Assembly (NCBI GenBank): GCA_013239625.1
Contig: MU054001.1
Location: 6,249,078 to 6,313,077, forward strand
Direction of reading: 5' to 3'
Origin: Lama guanicoe
Lineage: Eukaryota
DNA length: 64,000 bases
Shown in pieces: positions 27,211 to 41,518 of the stretch. Positions within the stretch are counted from its first letter, which is position 1, and every line of letters begins with the position of its first letter. Under the pieces are notes generated by a model, which did not search any database, was not told the origin of the DNA, and worked only from the letters and a program-made list of their open reading frames with translations. A program made the translations under genes and the position numbers.

Positions 27211-27623
27211 AAAAACAATAAAGACAGACATGAATACTAATTCTGTCACTTACCAACCGAACCCCATTTGCAAGTTATTTTTCAAATGGGAATATTACTA
27301 TTACTTGTTCAGCTCATTTTATGAAATTACTTTAAGGAATAAATAAGACAGTGTTATGTTAAAAGGTTTCTGAAATTATAGAGTTCAGTTGTTATGTTCA
27401 ATTGTTATATTCAAATTATGTTAGCAAACTCCTTTTATTTGACTTTTCTAGGAAGGTAATACAATTTTAATTCAAGTCTAAGTGCCACATCCATTTAACT
27501 CAGGAGGTATCCTCTTCTAAACTAAGTAACTTTAAGTTTCTTAAAACATTTTTTTAAGGTCCTCTAAAAACTTGAGTTATTAAAACTAAACATTATCTAT
27601 TACATTTACTTTTAAAATCTTCA

Positions 27624-27781
27624 TTTTATTTTTTAAAATTTTTTGTTATTTTGGGGGGGAGATAATTAGGTTTTTTTCTTTGTTTGTTTGTTTATTATTT
27701 TTAATGGAGGTACTGGGTATTGAACCCAGGACCTCTTGCATGCTAAACAAGCACTCTACCAACTGAGCTATACCCTCCCTC
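27624..27781 (-). mobile_element. tRNA-derived SINE, camelid Vic-1-like
   Basis: Minus strand GGGAGGGTATAGCTCAGTTGGTAGAG (A box)...GGTTCAATACCC (B box), A-rich tail; 12-bp TSD TTAAAATCTTCA at 27612-27623 and 27782-27793. Confidence 0.88.
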
Positions 27782-30700
27782 TTAAAATCTTCAATATCAT
27801 GAGTAAAGATAGTTGGAGATCTAAAAATTTCCCCTCAGGCTTCTGTTTACAAAATCTCACAGTTCTGTGAGCAAATTATAGAAAGCATTGCACTCAACAG
27901 CCACCAAAGAAAGGTGGCTGTTCTTCATTCATTGGAGCACATATAACTTATTTGCCAGATTGTTAAAACACATTATTTATTCAAAAATACTGGCCAAACT
28001 AATATTTTTAGCTTGGAACTCTTCAAAGACTACAATACAAACAGCAAAACAGCCTCAGATGTGAACTACTACACAGCAATCAGAGGCTTAGAGAAAGTAA
28101 ATAACCAAGTGAATAACACAGCTAAGAAAACCAAAGACATTTTATCCATTTTTAGAACTACTGATACAAAAGGGCATCGATTCCTTTGCATGGGAAAATC
28201 TGCCTTCTTGCCCTGATTGCTAATGACAGAGTCACTACACCTGATCTGACAATCCCAATGTAAAAGCCCTTAATGCAAAGTGGGGAAAGCAAGCAACTGT
28301 GGAAGGTCAAAAGAACGAAGGTTATCCTTGGACCAGGTCCTTATAAATTCAGTCTGCCCCAACCAGGGACATGCTCTACTTGCTAATAAGCAAATGAGAA
28401 AGTGCCAGATACACACGACTGACCAGATCAACCTTCAAACGTATCATGGTTTGACTTGAGGACGATGAATTCCTCCGCACTGCTGGAAAAGTGTGGAGAG
28501 GCGGACTAGTATTCCCCTACAGTTCTGAGAATAAACAAGCTTATCCTTCTAAAGACTCTCTTGATGTGAGGTTAGTTAGCATATTGTGCATGTATTGGCA
28601 TTTTTCTTTCCAACCTGCCCCAATCGAGGAGAGTATATAAAATAAAGTACATGGAAATACGACATCATTGGTAAATCAGACCAGCTGCCATTTTTCTAAA
28701 AAAAATGCCATAAAGCACAGCAGTGATTCATAGCAAGAAACAACTTTTAAAGTAATCATTTTGAAGTTATTTCAAGATACTAAGACGTATTTCCCAAGTT
28801 TACTGTTAAACAAATGAACAGAGAACGGTCTGTGTAAGCATTTTACCAAGTTATATGATGGGAGAATGGAAGTTGCAAGAAGGGACTGTTTTGTTTGTTT
28901 CATGTCAACATGGACAGAGTGACAATTTGATGAGGCAAAGTGAGCTTCCTGTTTGTTGAATGCTGATCACTCACAACTCTTATGTCCGATCTAATCAGAA
29001 TAGAATAGAGGCAGGAGAACTCCTCATCTCACTTCCTTACCTCATACCATATGTCAAAAGCAAAATCCTTTGAATGAGTATCAAACCATGCTAATGACCT
29101 CAGAACTGTAATTGTCTCCTTTTTCCTTTACTGCCCACGCAGTGTTACTCTCTGGTACCTATGACACCAATGGCTCTCCCTAACCACTGGATGTGTGATC
29201 CACAGATGCAGCTGTGGGCGTTAGAAGACAAGACATGCATGGATCATAACTGCTTACAGAGGATGTCCTGGTGGTATGAAAAGCAGGAATGAAAAAGGCT
29301 TCATAACATATATCCTCAAGGGTTATCTCTCACTAAAGCCTGAATGACAGACCCAGAGCAGAAAGCAGTTGATTGGAGGTCTTCACAGTAATGGGCCTGT
29401 CAGGAACTTGATCTATTTCAACATGAAAGCTGGAGCACAAATCAATAATGAGACAGCAAATCAAATCATTATCAGACTGGAATACCATTCCTGTGAGCAG
29501 GTTAATTCTGTTCACTGGAGTGCCTGACAGCAGTAAGGTTGAAGAAATTGCATTGGCAGGATTAACCTTGGGAAAAAGAGAAAAGAAACATGGTGGCATT
29601 GGTTTAAAACAATTGAGGCAGTGGGTGATGTAGAGAAATAAATTTTAAAAACTGAAAAAACTTAGAGAGGTTAAAACAGAGAGATAAAACATAATACATA
29701 GTACAGGAGAATTATGGGTAAGCTACACCACAACTTAGATAAATGTTCCTGTATTTTATGTCCATTCAGCCTGAAGAATGCTGGCATTTCAGGAAGAATA
29801 TGGTGCTAAGAGCTGACTGAACCATCAGTCTCTTCAATCATCATCATCAACATTTAAAAGAAAGACACAACAGTAAAAAGTCAGATATAAATGAGTCTGA
29901 AATGCTTTAATTAACATAAGGAACTGAAAAAAAAGAGTGTTTTCTGTAAATGCCCTCCCTTCTTTCTTTTAAAATCATGCTACAAACACAAACGGGTGAC
30001 TTAGAAGAGCAGTAAATTCAACAGTTTGTAAGAAATTTGACATTCAAGGACTCTATAAATGAGTAATTTGTTCATCAATTTTAAGTAAACTAAAACCTTC
30101 CAGGGGCTAATTCAAGGTAAATTTTGTAAAGAAATATATTAATACAGCACGTGTTTGCTGCTGGCAGTAAATTAATGTTCAAGGAAGCCATTCACTTAAG
30201 GAGCTGAGGTCTGAAGTAAAATTTATTAACGATAAAGTATAATTAAAATGCATTAAAAAGACACAAAAATATCTTTTTTCTTTTCAGAGGGACACTATCA
30301 CAAGCACCACAGACAGGATAACTGCAATTCTCTGAGGTTGTCGGCTATTCCTAGGTAGAGACAGGGTTCCAAACCCTTTCTGTTAATGTGGTGTAACAGC
30401 ACTGTGGGCACAGGGATTTTTGAGTATCTGCTATGTGCCTTATGAGGTCCCACCAGGTGATGGAAGGGTGAGACCATGTCAGATGGCAGCAGAGGATCCA
30501 AAAGGGATTTTGAGTCAATGTTTCTATATGAAATGCTCAGGGATCATTCCACTGGGCCTTGAAGGAGAATCAACTATGGTGGAAAGGGATACATCCAGGG
30601 TGAATGTGTCTTGCAGGAATAGAGGGTCTTTGCAAACCAAGTACTGAAAGACAAGGGTGAGTATGTGTGTATGTGTTGGTTGAGGGTGGGGGTAGGGATG

Positions 30701-31434
30701 AGTGGAGTGCAGGGTGGGATCCTCTTCTTTAGGATTTGTGGTGTGAAGAAATCCCCAGAGGTACTTGTCCTCCAAAAGTCACAGGATAGAGATTCTCAAA
30801 TTACCAAATGTCATAGCAATTAACCATTTCAGTTTGGTCCTTTGCAAAAGATATTCCCTTTCCTTATCCAGAATCTCCACAATCCAATGAGGAAGCAGAA
30901 GCAGTGACAGTCTACCTATTTTCTAGACAAGAGAGTGGAAGGAGGGTGGGGAAGCATAAACTCCAGAATCATTCACCCCAGGTTCAAGTCCTGGTTCTTG
31001 GTCTTGTGACCATGGGCAAATTATTTGGCTGAATTTTCACAGCATCTTAATGTATCTCTTGCACTGTACAGGGGCTAACTTAGAATAAGTTCTAAGTCAT
31101 CCCCATTTTCTTGGTTTCATGATAAATAAAGGGGGCAATCTTATTTCTTATGTTTGTTAACTTGTAACTATTCAGCATCCTTGGTGTGTCTTGGACTGTA
31201 CAAGCTACACAGTACTGATCCTACACTGGAGAAATGACAAACTGAAGACAAAACACATCAGGAACCAATGCACATCACAGCTACTACATGAATACTTGAG
31301 TACAAAAATGGGTCATAGGTTGAAATCATGTAGGAGGGACCATAAAGGTCAAAGGTTTTAGACATAAACAGTAGGGCCTCTTTCCTTGAGAAAAGAGCGA
31401 CAGTACACCTACATGAAAACATGCACAAAGGACT

Positions 31435-31665
31435 TAAGGCTGAAGAACAAGAACTCTGGAGTCAGGCTGTCCTGGGAATAAACCCCAGTTCTTTCATGTA
31501 CTGATTTGACTAGGAGAAGTCACCTAAGCTCTCTGAATCTCAGGTTGTTTAAAATGGGGGTCCCAGTGTCTACCTCAAGGCTGCTGTATGGATTAAATCA
31601 GATAATACATATGAAGTATTTTTAGCATATTGCCTAGCATATAAAAGGTGTTCAATAAATTGTAT
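31435..31665 (+). mobile_element. MIR SINE
   Basis: CTCTGGAGTCAGGCTGTCCTGGG...TCTCTGAATCTCAG...TTCAATAAAT. Confidence 0.72.
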
Positions 31666-33059
31666 CTGTGGTATGGAGGAGGGGCGGAGGGAAATTTTGA
31701 GTGCAGTAACATGTTACTCATTCATGCATTCCCTTAGATCCTTACTGGGAATGCTACATTATAAGGCAATTTGTACCATACTTTGATGTGATTAATGGTA
31801 CAACATTAATGAATAAATGGAGAAAGTGCCACATCCTTCTATCCTCTCTCTATATGACTAGATTTTCATATAAACGAGGCCCTGTCTAACTTTGTCATTT
31901 CCTGAAGGGAAATGTACAAACCAAATGCATTTACCAAAATTAAGAGCCCTTTCTTTCTTTCTCTAATGAGTAGAGAGACATGCTAGCTTGTGTTTTTCCT
32001 AAACTTCCCCATCATGAGCTCAAGGCAAACGACCTGAACCTACTTATAACCTATGTTAAGCAATCTGTCAAATTTCATTGAACATCTCCTGTGAGCTAGA
32101 CCATGATACAGACAGGAAGACAAAGTCTAGTTTCTATCCTTAGCAGAAGTAACTTTCTTAAATTAATTATTGCTTATTTAAAAAAAAATTAGACTTCTCT
32201 CCAAGTGACAATGCCCCAGTGTTTACAGCTGACATGTGAGTCCAGCATATGGGGGGAAACATACACATTAAGTTGGGCAGGGACACTGTTCATGCCTACA
32301 GCTGGAATCTAATGCCACAGTGAGTTCCAGGATGACTTTCAGGACAGTGAACAATTGAACCTTCCTGGCAAATTTCTTCATTAGGAGGTTTCTGCTATCA
32401 TTAAAACACTAAGTCACATGTTCTATCCTGGCTTTTTTATTTGGCGTGACAGCTTAAGATAAAAAAGAGTGCCTTATTTCTCCACAGAAGGCACTGAACA
32501 TATAGACTAGCAGACACAAAAACAGGGAGAAAACGATTTTTAGAATAAACTAAACATACTTCATTCCCACGCAGAGAAAGAAGTTTCAGGTCAGATTCGG
32601 ATTCAAGAAAGAAAATCACACTGGATTTTTGAGAGAACATATTAGCCTAAAATGCTGAATAAGCAGTAAAGGAAAAACCTACTAGAGGCTAAAAAACACC
32701 ACATTGTAAAATCCTGGGGAACAGTCAGCTTTCACTCTAAGGCTTTGTTTAAATCACAGCAAGGCTGACTATCACTTAAAGAGGCTCTCCCGAGTAGAAC
32801 ATTTATTACAAAAAATGCGCTTTGGAAGAGTTATAACCCACCCTTCTCAGTCAGCCTCAGAGAAATGCCTGAGTCTGTGATGACAGAGTACTTTTCATCA
32901 TGCCTGTATGGATATGAAGGATCACGTTTCTTTTCATTTGGAGACACCTCACATGGAAGACCACTTCTGTACCCTCGTATGTAGTCAAGAGTTGGAGGCG
33001 GCAATTTGAGAGCAAACAGAGACTGAATAAACCAGGGTATGACTCAAAGTGCTTAAAAT

Positions 33060-33896
33060 TGATTTGGAATAACTCTAAAGCTTTGAAAGGAACTATTTTA
33101 AGGGATAAAAATGAAGGTCAGGTTCTACACAGAATGAGTTCATGTCTCAATCAAGAGAAAGAGGAGATAAAGGATGGAAGCTCACCTGAAATATACTCTA
33201 GCTGAAATCAGGCAAAAAGTTCAAAGAATAGTAACCTCAACTAAAAAAATTTAAATAAAACCGAAAAATATAACTTACAAAGTAGAAATCTCCCAGAGAA
33301 AATAACTGACACCGATTTTATCTATATTCCCCCCACACATTATACATATGTATATATAGTATTATTATTATTTTTTAATAAAAGATGGAACAATATATTT
33401 GAAACTTTTCCTGCACTTAGTTTACCTAGGACACTTATAAATGTCAGTCTGTTGACTTTATCTTGTCACTTGTAATTGCTGCACAGCATTTTACTAATGC
33501 ACGGCCGTAACAACTTATGTGACCTATTTCCTACTGACGGATATCTGGGTTGTTCCCAATGTTTCACTGTTTCAAACAACGCTGAAATGAAGCCTCGTGT
33601 TAAAGTATGTCTACAATTCCTAGAACGAGAACTGTTGAAACAAGGGGCATGTGTATACTTCCCAATAAGCAACTAGATTTTTATGTAATTTTCTGAAGGA
33701 AAAAAATGGGTAATCATTTTTCACAAAGTGCTTCATACTCACATGCAAAATTAAAGGGAAATGAAAAGAAATGAAAGGGAAATCAACCCAGCAACAAAGA
33801 AGAAAAAAAAAAGTAACAACAAAAAAGCCTGGTAAATAGGAAACAAAATAAAATGGCAAGAATAAGTCCAAATATAAATGAAATGGCACAAATATG

Positions 33897-33930
<34 letters not shown>

Positions 33931-35190
33931 CTATGAAAAGATAATCTGATTGGATTAAAAGTAAATACACTATTCCATTGACCCGTATGTCTATCTTGAT
34001 GCCAGTACTACACTGCCTTGATTATTATAGCTTTGTTAAGTCTTGAAATCAGAACTGTCTGTTTAGTTCTGCAGCTTTCTCCTCCTTTTCCCCAGTTGCT
34101 TTGTCTATTCTGAATGCTTTGCATTTCCATAAAAATTTTAAAATCAGTTGTCAATTTCTACCAAGAAAGCCTGCTGGGATTTTCATTGGGATTGCATAGA
34201 ATCTATAGATCAATTTATAAAGAACTTAAATTTCAACAGTCTCTGGAAGATTCTCAAATATTTGGAAACTAAATAATACACTTCTAAATAACCCTTAGAT
34301 CAATGTAAAAATAAAAATAAAAATTAGAAAATATTTGGAACTGAACGTGAATAAAAATGCAGCATATCAATTAAAAAAAGGAAACACAGTATAAATGTTA
34401 AATATAAAAGACATATCTCTACAATATGAAAAAAGAACACTGCAGGTAAAGGGATGGAAGACAGTATACCGAGCTAATCATGACAAGAAAAGAAAGCAGG
34501 CATGGCAGGAACAGACAACAAGAATTCACTTGTTGTATTTTATGTGCTGTAATGGTGTCATGGTTATGGTTTTAAAAAGTCCTTATCTCTTAGAGACTCA
34601 CACTGAAGTAGTCACAGATTAAATGATACGATGGGTTTGCTTTAAATCTGGGCGTGGGGATGTGGGTGGGGTGGGCAGTAGGTAGGGGTAAGAGTGAAGG
34701 GAGATTGGCCATTTGATGATGTTGTTGATGCTGGATAACATTATGGGCTTTATTATGCTAATCTCTGTACTTGTGTAGCTGTTTGAAATTAAAAATAATT
34801 TTTTAAAAGAACTCAAGTAGAAAATACATGACAAAAAGGAAGATATATTGTTAAAACTATGAGGTAGTTGGACAAAAACAAAGCATTAAAGTATATAAAG
34901 CAAAACCGATAAAAATGCAAGGAGAAATCATGAGAACACTTTACGATTTGTCAGCAGTGGAGGATCCAGCAGAACAGAAGTAGTAAAGATACTGATGAAC
35001 TAATTATACACTTAGCAAGCCATCCACTTCTCCCTACTCACACACATTCACGTGTATTTGTGCTATGGGAATATTCTTTTACTGTTAGAGAACATATTCA
35101 TGTGATACTTGGACAATCAAAAATACGTTTAAAAAGTGAAAAGCGATATTTATACTGTATTTGGCTGTGGTAAGCTTTTTAAACATACTA
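33060..35190. mobile_element. Mosaic of old L1 fragments in both orientations, with a (TA)n(GA)n microsatellite at ~33897-33930
   Basis: Alternating A-rich and T-rich degenerate L1 segments. Confidence 0.55.
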
Positions 35191-35440
35191 CGTCGTTCCA
35201 TCTCACGTAGAACAGTGAGGCTGGTATGAAAGCAAGGGGAGAGGTTCAGCCCTCCGTCCCAGGTCACTGAGATGGTAGGTGACAGTCAGGGCCTGCACTC
35301 ACCCCTGCTGAAGGCCAGAGCCTTACCACACTGCCTCACACAATTCTTGATAAAGAAGATTCAAGATCACCCGAGCCTTACTTTCAATTTCCTCTCCAAA
35401 CAGAACACTTACGAATTTAATGATTAAAAATTAGATTTTA

Positions 35441-36226
35441 ACAGAGCAAAGGAAACCAGAAATAAAACAAGAAGAAAACCTACGGAATGGGAGAAAATTT
35501 TTGCAAGTGAAACCGACAAAGGCTTGATCTCCAAAATATATAAGCAGCTCATACGACTCAATAAGAAAAAAATAAACAACCCAATCCAAACATGGGCAGA
35601 AGACCTAAACAAGCAATTCTCCAAGGAAGACATACAAATGATCAAAAAACACATGAAAAAATGTTCAATATCACTAATTATCAGAGAAATGCAAATCAAA
35701 ACTACAATGAGGTATCACCTCACACCAGTCAGAATGGCCGTCATTCAAAAATCCACAAATGACAAATGCTGGAGAGGCTGTGGAGAAAGGGGAACCCTCC
35801 TACACTGCTGGTGGGAATGCAGTTTGGTGCAGCCACTGTGGAAAACNNNNNNNNNNNNNNNNNNNNNNNNNNNNNNNNNNNNNNNNNNNNNNNNNNNNNN
35901 NNNNNNNNNNNNNNNNNNNNNNNNNNNNNNNNNNNNNNNNNNNNNNNNNNNNNNNNNNNNNNNNNNNNNNNNNNNNNNNNNNNNNNNNNNNNNNNNNNNG
36001 GGGTAGAGGGTGGGAAGGGATAGACTGGGATTTCAAAATTGTAGAATAGATAAACAAGATTACACTGTATAGCACAGGGAAATATACACAAAATGTTATG
36101 ATAAATCACAGAGAAAAAAATGTGACAATGAGTGTGTATATGTCCATGAATGACTGAAAAATTGTGCTGAACACTGGAATTTGACACAACACTGTAAAAT
36201 GATTATGAATCAATAAAAAATGTTAA
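35441..36226 (+). mobile_element. Young 5'-truncated L1 (camelid-type) containing an assembly gap
   Basis: ORF2 C-terminal peptide in ORF 35524..36006; 15-bp TSD AAAAATTAGATTTTA at 35426-35440 and 36227-36241; TT/AAAA target. Confidence 0.92.
35847..35999. other. Assembly gap (153 N)
   Basis: Run of N. Confidence 1.
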
Positions 36227-36678
36227 AAAAATTAGATTTTAGTAGAAAAATGGATGCAGAATACTCTTAAAATGGCCAAAATTTTATCTGAGTATGTCCT
36301 CCTGACACCTCATTTTACTAAAAAAAAAAAAAAAATTCTTGTCTGAAGGCTTATCCACTTTATAGGAATTTTCATAAGTATTGTACATAGTGGGTTTTGT
36401 TTGCTTGTTTAACGTGATGCAGCTGTTTAAATCCCTGGAATGTGATTTTGTCAGAGAACAGAGTTACTTCACTCCATCTAACTAACGTGTGAGTTAAATA
36501 AAGAGGAGGATTTTTTTAGGCCACTGGTATTTCTTCACACTACCAGACATTGCCTCTACAGCTTAGGGGAAGATGCACTTTCCTAAATATCCACCAGATG
36601 TGGGACAGCACTTCACTCAGAGAGGCTGAGGACAACCTGAACAATTCTCTTTATGCAAATGCAAAGTACTTTACTCAC

Positions 36679-36881
36679 CCAATTCGTATTTTCAGCATGC
36701 CACTGAATAACTCAGGGTTATTGGAGATGATCCAGCCAATGTGGATGACCAGCTCTTGCTGAAGGACCGCCTCCCTCTCATCATTGGTGTTACACTTGTA
36801 ATAGATGATGTTCTTAATCACTCTTGGAGACAAAGGATTAGAGATAACCTCTTCTTCATGCCCAAAGGCACCCAGAGTTAC
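36679..36881 (-). CDS. PHKB: PHKB coding exon (203 nt): [67 protein letters not shown](G)
   Basis: ctgtag|GTA...ATTGG|gtgagt. Confidence 0.97.
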
Positions 36882-39800
36882 CTACAGGTGGCAACATTTT
36901 ATTGTAAAAATTTCCTAGCTACCAACAGATCAAAGAAAAAACATTCAAGGCTCAGGATGACTGGCAGGCTGAAATTACTCTATGCCAGCTAGAGAATTAG
37001 GTGGAATAACTGTTCCTGCTGTTTATTAAAATGGCTTTCAAAGCATGACTCCCGCTGGAGTTCATGATGGTTCAGTCTGGTCTAAAATATAAGGGCAGGT
37101 GAGGGTTCCAGTTAGGGGAGTGGAGAAGAGTGGATAAAAGCACGGAAGGAATATAAATAACCATTAAGATAAAATTATTCTGAATGACTTTAATATGAGA
37201 AACTCCCCAGAGAAACCAGAATACCCTGAATAGTTTTACTTTACTGCACGGTCTACACAATTTAGCATCTGGGAGTATATTCTTCACTTCTTTTACAGTT
37301 CCTCATGCGGAACTTTCTGCTCTTTAACAACACTGTAACCTTTTCAAAGGCAAGTGCGAGATCTTGGAGCTGTAGCGTAGCTTCACTTTTCCCGGCATAG
37401 TGCCAGGCACCTAGTGAGTGTTAAAATGCTTGTTGATGCATATCTCGCCCGTGGAGGGGAACACACGAGGCTGCTCACAAGCCTGGGAAATGAGAAAGCA
37501 CAGAGGGAAATGGCAACGAAAATTCAAAGCCGAAAGTGCTGTAGAAGCTGGGCAAGAGGATTACTCTGCTCTCCCTTTCTCCTCTGTCCTCGGCATTTTG
37601 CCTCCCAGAAGAGTCTGCGGCCCCTCCTTCCTCCTCATTACCTCCCTCCCGCTCTCTTCGTTGGACAGTGCACAATTATAAGAGGCAGGAGAAAGAAGAG
37701 CAGATCAAAGGGCCCTTCTGTTTTCTGAGATGAGGGGAGAGAGCAGAAGGTGGGTCTTTTGCCCCAACTTTGTGATGGAGGGAGAAATGCTGGTTTATTG
37801 TAACACAAGTGGTACCAACCAGTTAGTCCAAGTGTGATTACTTGTATTAAAACGTCAGTGTTACAAGAAAAAAACAAACCGAAGGCACATCATTGCCTCT
37901 GCAAGCAATGATGACTAAACCCCTATTTCATTCCAGAGAGCTTGCGGTGATCTGAAAGTGCTTCGTAGAAACAATATTGCTTCAGTTCTTAGGGTGGCAT
38001 TTCATAAATGAGTGAAAGCAAACTTGGAATGTTCCATTCTCATTTCTTTCTTGTGAAGGGGTAAGATGCAGTCAATGAATGGACTTCATACACCTAAAGT
38101 GAAGCTGTCAGCCTCGCAGGTACCCAGCTCCATGTAAGTGACTGTTTTCCTGGGAGACGTGCCGGCCTAATAGGCAGTGGTCCAGCCACAGCCTCAGGAC
38201 AGGCTCCAGGCCTTCAGGGTGTGAGGAGCAGACTCTCAGCATCACAGGCTGTCAGCCACTCCAGATCTTCCCTAGAACGGACATGACCAGCTCTGACCTA
38301 CCCCTTCCCCACCTGTAAGGTGCAAACGACCTTCTTGTATGCTCACGTGAAGCAGAACGAACTATATTTTCAGATATACTACACAGGCCTAAAAGCCAAG
38401 GAAAGACAGCTTCCCCAAATCTGTTTACTTTCTTTCAGAGGTGGCTCAGTCCAAGGACTCTGTGGTGAGATATGAGTGCTGCGGTGAGGAAAGGCACTGG
38501 GTAACTTATTTCCTGTGCCTCGGTCTATTCAGTTAATGGATGAGGATGAAAATTCTACCTCTTAGTCATTTGGAGAAAACAGAAAATAACATGTGAAAAG
38601 CAATTTAAATTTTTCTCAGGAGTTTTTTAAATTGTCATTAAATATTACAGACTAAAATAAATAACTTATTCTTTCAACATTTCAAGAGCTAGATGTCAAG
38701 ATGGAATAATTTAACTCTTAATGAACTAAGAGCCCTCAGATATGAGCAATGGGTTGATTCCATTAAAGAGGGTTAAAGTATTTCGTATTATTAAAGCTTA
38801 TTATATTCCAAGGTTAACTGACAGGAAGACAAAACAGAACACACGTATTCGCAAAGAACAGATAGAAAGCAAACAGGTTTTCATTCCAAACAGATGATGA
38901 TGATTTAGCCAGGTAATTAGAGCTTATGGAAAACAAAACAAAACAAAAAATGAGCAACCACATTCCACTCCACAAACCCACATGCAGAGGCTCAACTCAA
39001 CCCACGTTCACCAAGTGCCTCTCCAAGGCATGCTGGGCACACTGGGACAGGTGCTGGCCAAGACATGGGCCCTGACCTCCAGGGGCTCACAGCCTACCCT
39101 GGGGTGAGAGATACACATTCAAATGAACAGGGATCCAGAGCAGATTGTAAGAAGTGTCACAGGCCAGTTGGGAGAACCCTGAGGAGGGAGGGACTGCTAA
39201 CTGGAGATGGCTCTGTGTGGAGGAGCTGGGAAGAGCTGGCCTTGGTGGGAGGGGAGGAGCTGGAAGGAGAGGTGCTCCAAAGGGTTAAAGATCTGGGGAG
39301 CCAGCGCATGTCTAATGGGGAGAAGAATCTTAAGTGGAGCAGAAGGGAAAATGTGCCCTTCACTGCTCCCTCTCTTTGCTCTGCATATCCTAAGCCTGTC
39401 TAGAGTGTTTCAGTGGGTATCATTCAGTTTTCTTTGTCAGCATCTTCACTGATTCAAGTTAACACAGGAGTTGAAAATTAAAGCTTTAAGGTGCAGGTAT
39501 TCAGTAACTGTGCATCCTTAGACTAGATTTTGCTTGGGGAAGGTGCCTTTTGTAGAAATGCCTCAGTCATTCATTGCTGATGTGGTTATGAGAGGCCTAT
39601 GACACTCAGGCTTGCCAGATTTAAAAGCCAGAGTCCTAGGGTGTGCTCAGAGCAAGGGGCATAAAGAAATGGATCCTTTGTTTATAACAACAGGAATCTG
39701 GGTTCATTGTGACGAGGGGCACAAAACTTGGGGCCTTCCTATGAACAAATACCCTACATGTGGCCCCCTGCACTTCCACATGGCCACTGGGCAGGGCCAG

Positions 39801-39949
39801 TGGACAGGGCTCAACACTGGAAGATATGCTGTAATATTTAGTAGGGGAACTGGCCAACTAGAGCCTGTCTGTTCCATGTGTGGGTGGGCCATGAGTGGTC
39901 TTATAGACATGAAGGCTTTGAACCTCTTTTCAAGGGAAAAAAAAAAGAG

Positions 39950-40250
39950 ATTCCATACGCCATTCTGGAATGGAGTTTTTTAGAGCAGTGAAAATACTTT
40001 GTATGACATTGTAACAATGGATATCTATGTCATTATACTTTTGTCCAAACTAATGTGAAATGTGGACTTTGGTGATTATTATGTATCAAAGTACATTCAC
40101 TCTTAGCTAAAAAAAAAAAAAAGTACCACTCTGGTAAACAAAAATAATGACTGTGCATATGAGTGGAGAGGGGGTATATGGGAAATTTATGTACCTTCCT
40201 GTCAATTTTGTTGTAAACCTAAAAGTGCTCCCCAAAAAAGTCTTAAAAAC
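39950..40250 (+). mobile_element. Old L1 (L1MC-like) 3' end
   Basis: GCAGTGAAAATACTTTGTATGAC...GTAAACCTAAAA pattern. Confidence 0.65.
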
Positions 40251-40494
40251 AAGAAAACTCAGGGTAGACATTTTTGGCAAAACCTTGGTTTCAGTTATAT
40301 ACATATATATGTGTGTTTGTTGGATTGTGATATAATATGTATTTTTTAGGTCAGAAAAGTTTGCAAGCCACTGTAATTAAGTTACATTGGTAAACAAAAG
40401 TAAAAATTAACCTCAAAAATAAAATAACATAAAAGCCAGGGTCCTACTCAGAAACTTCTGTAACTGACCGAGAGTCTGAAAATCAGATACTTAC

Positions 40495-40585
40495 CTGTTT
40501 GCCCTGCACTAAAACATTAGTAATGGATGGGGCCAGGCTGTCCACTAGTTTACTTAAAAGACTTGCTGCATGGCGTACCACCGAC
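40495..40585 (-). CDS. PHKB: PHKB mutually exclusive exon B (91 nt, non-muscle-type): SVVRHAASLLSKLVDSLAPSITNVLVQGKQ
   Basis: ccccag|G TCG...CAG|gtaagt; paralogous to exon A (VR..A....K...S.AP.IT..LV.GKQ). Confidence 0.94.
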
Positions 40586-41518
40586 CTGGGGGCAAAGAAG
40601 AGAGCAGGCCAGAGGTTGACAAATCTAAAAGATGATGAATGAATGGAGCCCCTGAATGGGGAGACTTAAAAATATGTACAATCAGGTCCTCACATAATAA
40701 TAGGGAAGAAACACTGAGCCCAAGATATTGGATCTAACAGCTAAAATCTCCTCGGCTACAGGACCATCTAAAAGTATAGAGAGGTCCCTCATCCTCACCT
40801 CTGCCACCATATTATTCATACCATTAATAATTTAAAAATAAAGAAAAGGTCTCCCAACTACCCCTTTGGTGGGAAGCGGTCCAGGAGGCAGAAATGAGTA
40901 ATCTTAATTAATGATCTGAATTAAATAGATCATTGTTAAGTCTGTCACTGGTACATACCATCAGTTCCTATAACCACTTTAAATCATGTTTCTTTTGGGG
41001 CCTAGATAACCAAATCCTGGATTAGAGGACTCACTAAGTACTCAATTTTAGGAAGTGATACAATGAAATACCAGCATTTTTTTTTTCTTGCCAGAATGTT
41101 GGAGGAAGGAATTCACACTGTTATTTTTACATTTCTGAAAAAGTCTTAAACTGTAGGGAGAACAGATTTTTAAGCACAGCACATGCAATACATAAGACAT
41201 TTTTTTTCCACTCAAAAGTAAAAATTCATATGGAACTTTCAGACGTAGAAAATAAAATGAAAATGCAGGTTTAAAACTGTTTTCTTGTATTTCAGGACAT
41301 CCATGGAAGCTGACCTATAGTAACACTTACACTGCTTAATCTCAACATAGATGAACTAGTAGAAAATTTAGTCATGTCTGATAAAGTTAGTGAAACAAAG
41401 ACTTCTTATGAAGCTTTCACCCACACACTAGAAGAACAAAAGACATGTTTAACCCTTAGAACGCAAATAAGCCGACACGTTTCAAGCAGCTTGACTTTCC
41501 ACATTTTGTGCATGTTAC

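Noticed and set aside
27700..27781. tRNA-like sequence
   Set aside because: It is the head of a SINE (tail and TSD present), not a tRNA gene.
27896..27922. 10-bp hairpin AACAGCCACC/GGTGGCTGTT
   Set aside because: About one such stem is expected by chance in 64 kb.
28424..28482. 59-nt exon-like segment (ttttccag|CAG...CTG|gtcagt), open as VRRNSSSSSQTMIRLKVDL in one frame
   Set aside because: That frame does not match the PHKB intron phase, which gives a stop; short pseudo-exons are expected by chance.
29257..29599. ORF 29333..29599 (-) with an acceptor-like start and a downstream gtaagc donor; looked like a possible nested exon
   Set aside because: No recognisable domain; stops in all frames across the putative exon; not needed for the PHKB frame. 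A BLASTX hit would reopen it.
30298..30775. Two adjacent minus-strand ORFs with protein-like composition
   Set aside because: No family recognised, interrupted by stops, no donor site found.
35524..36187. Long ORFs in the ORF track
   Set aside because: Artefacts of L1 ORF2 remnants and the N gap.
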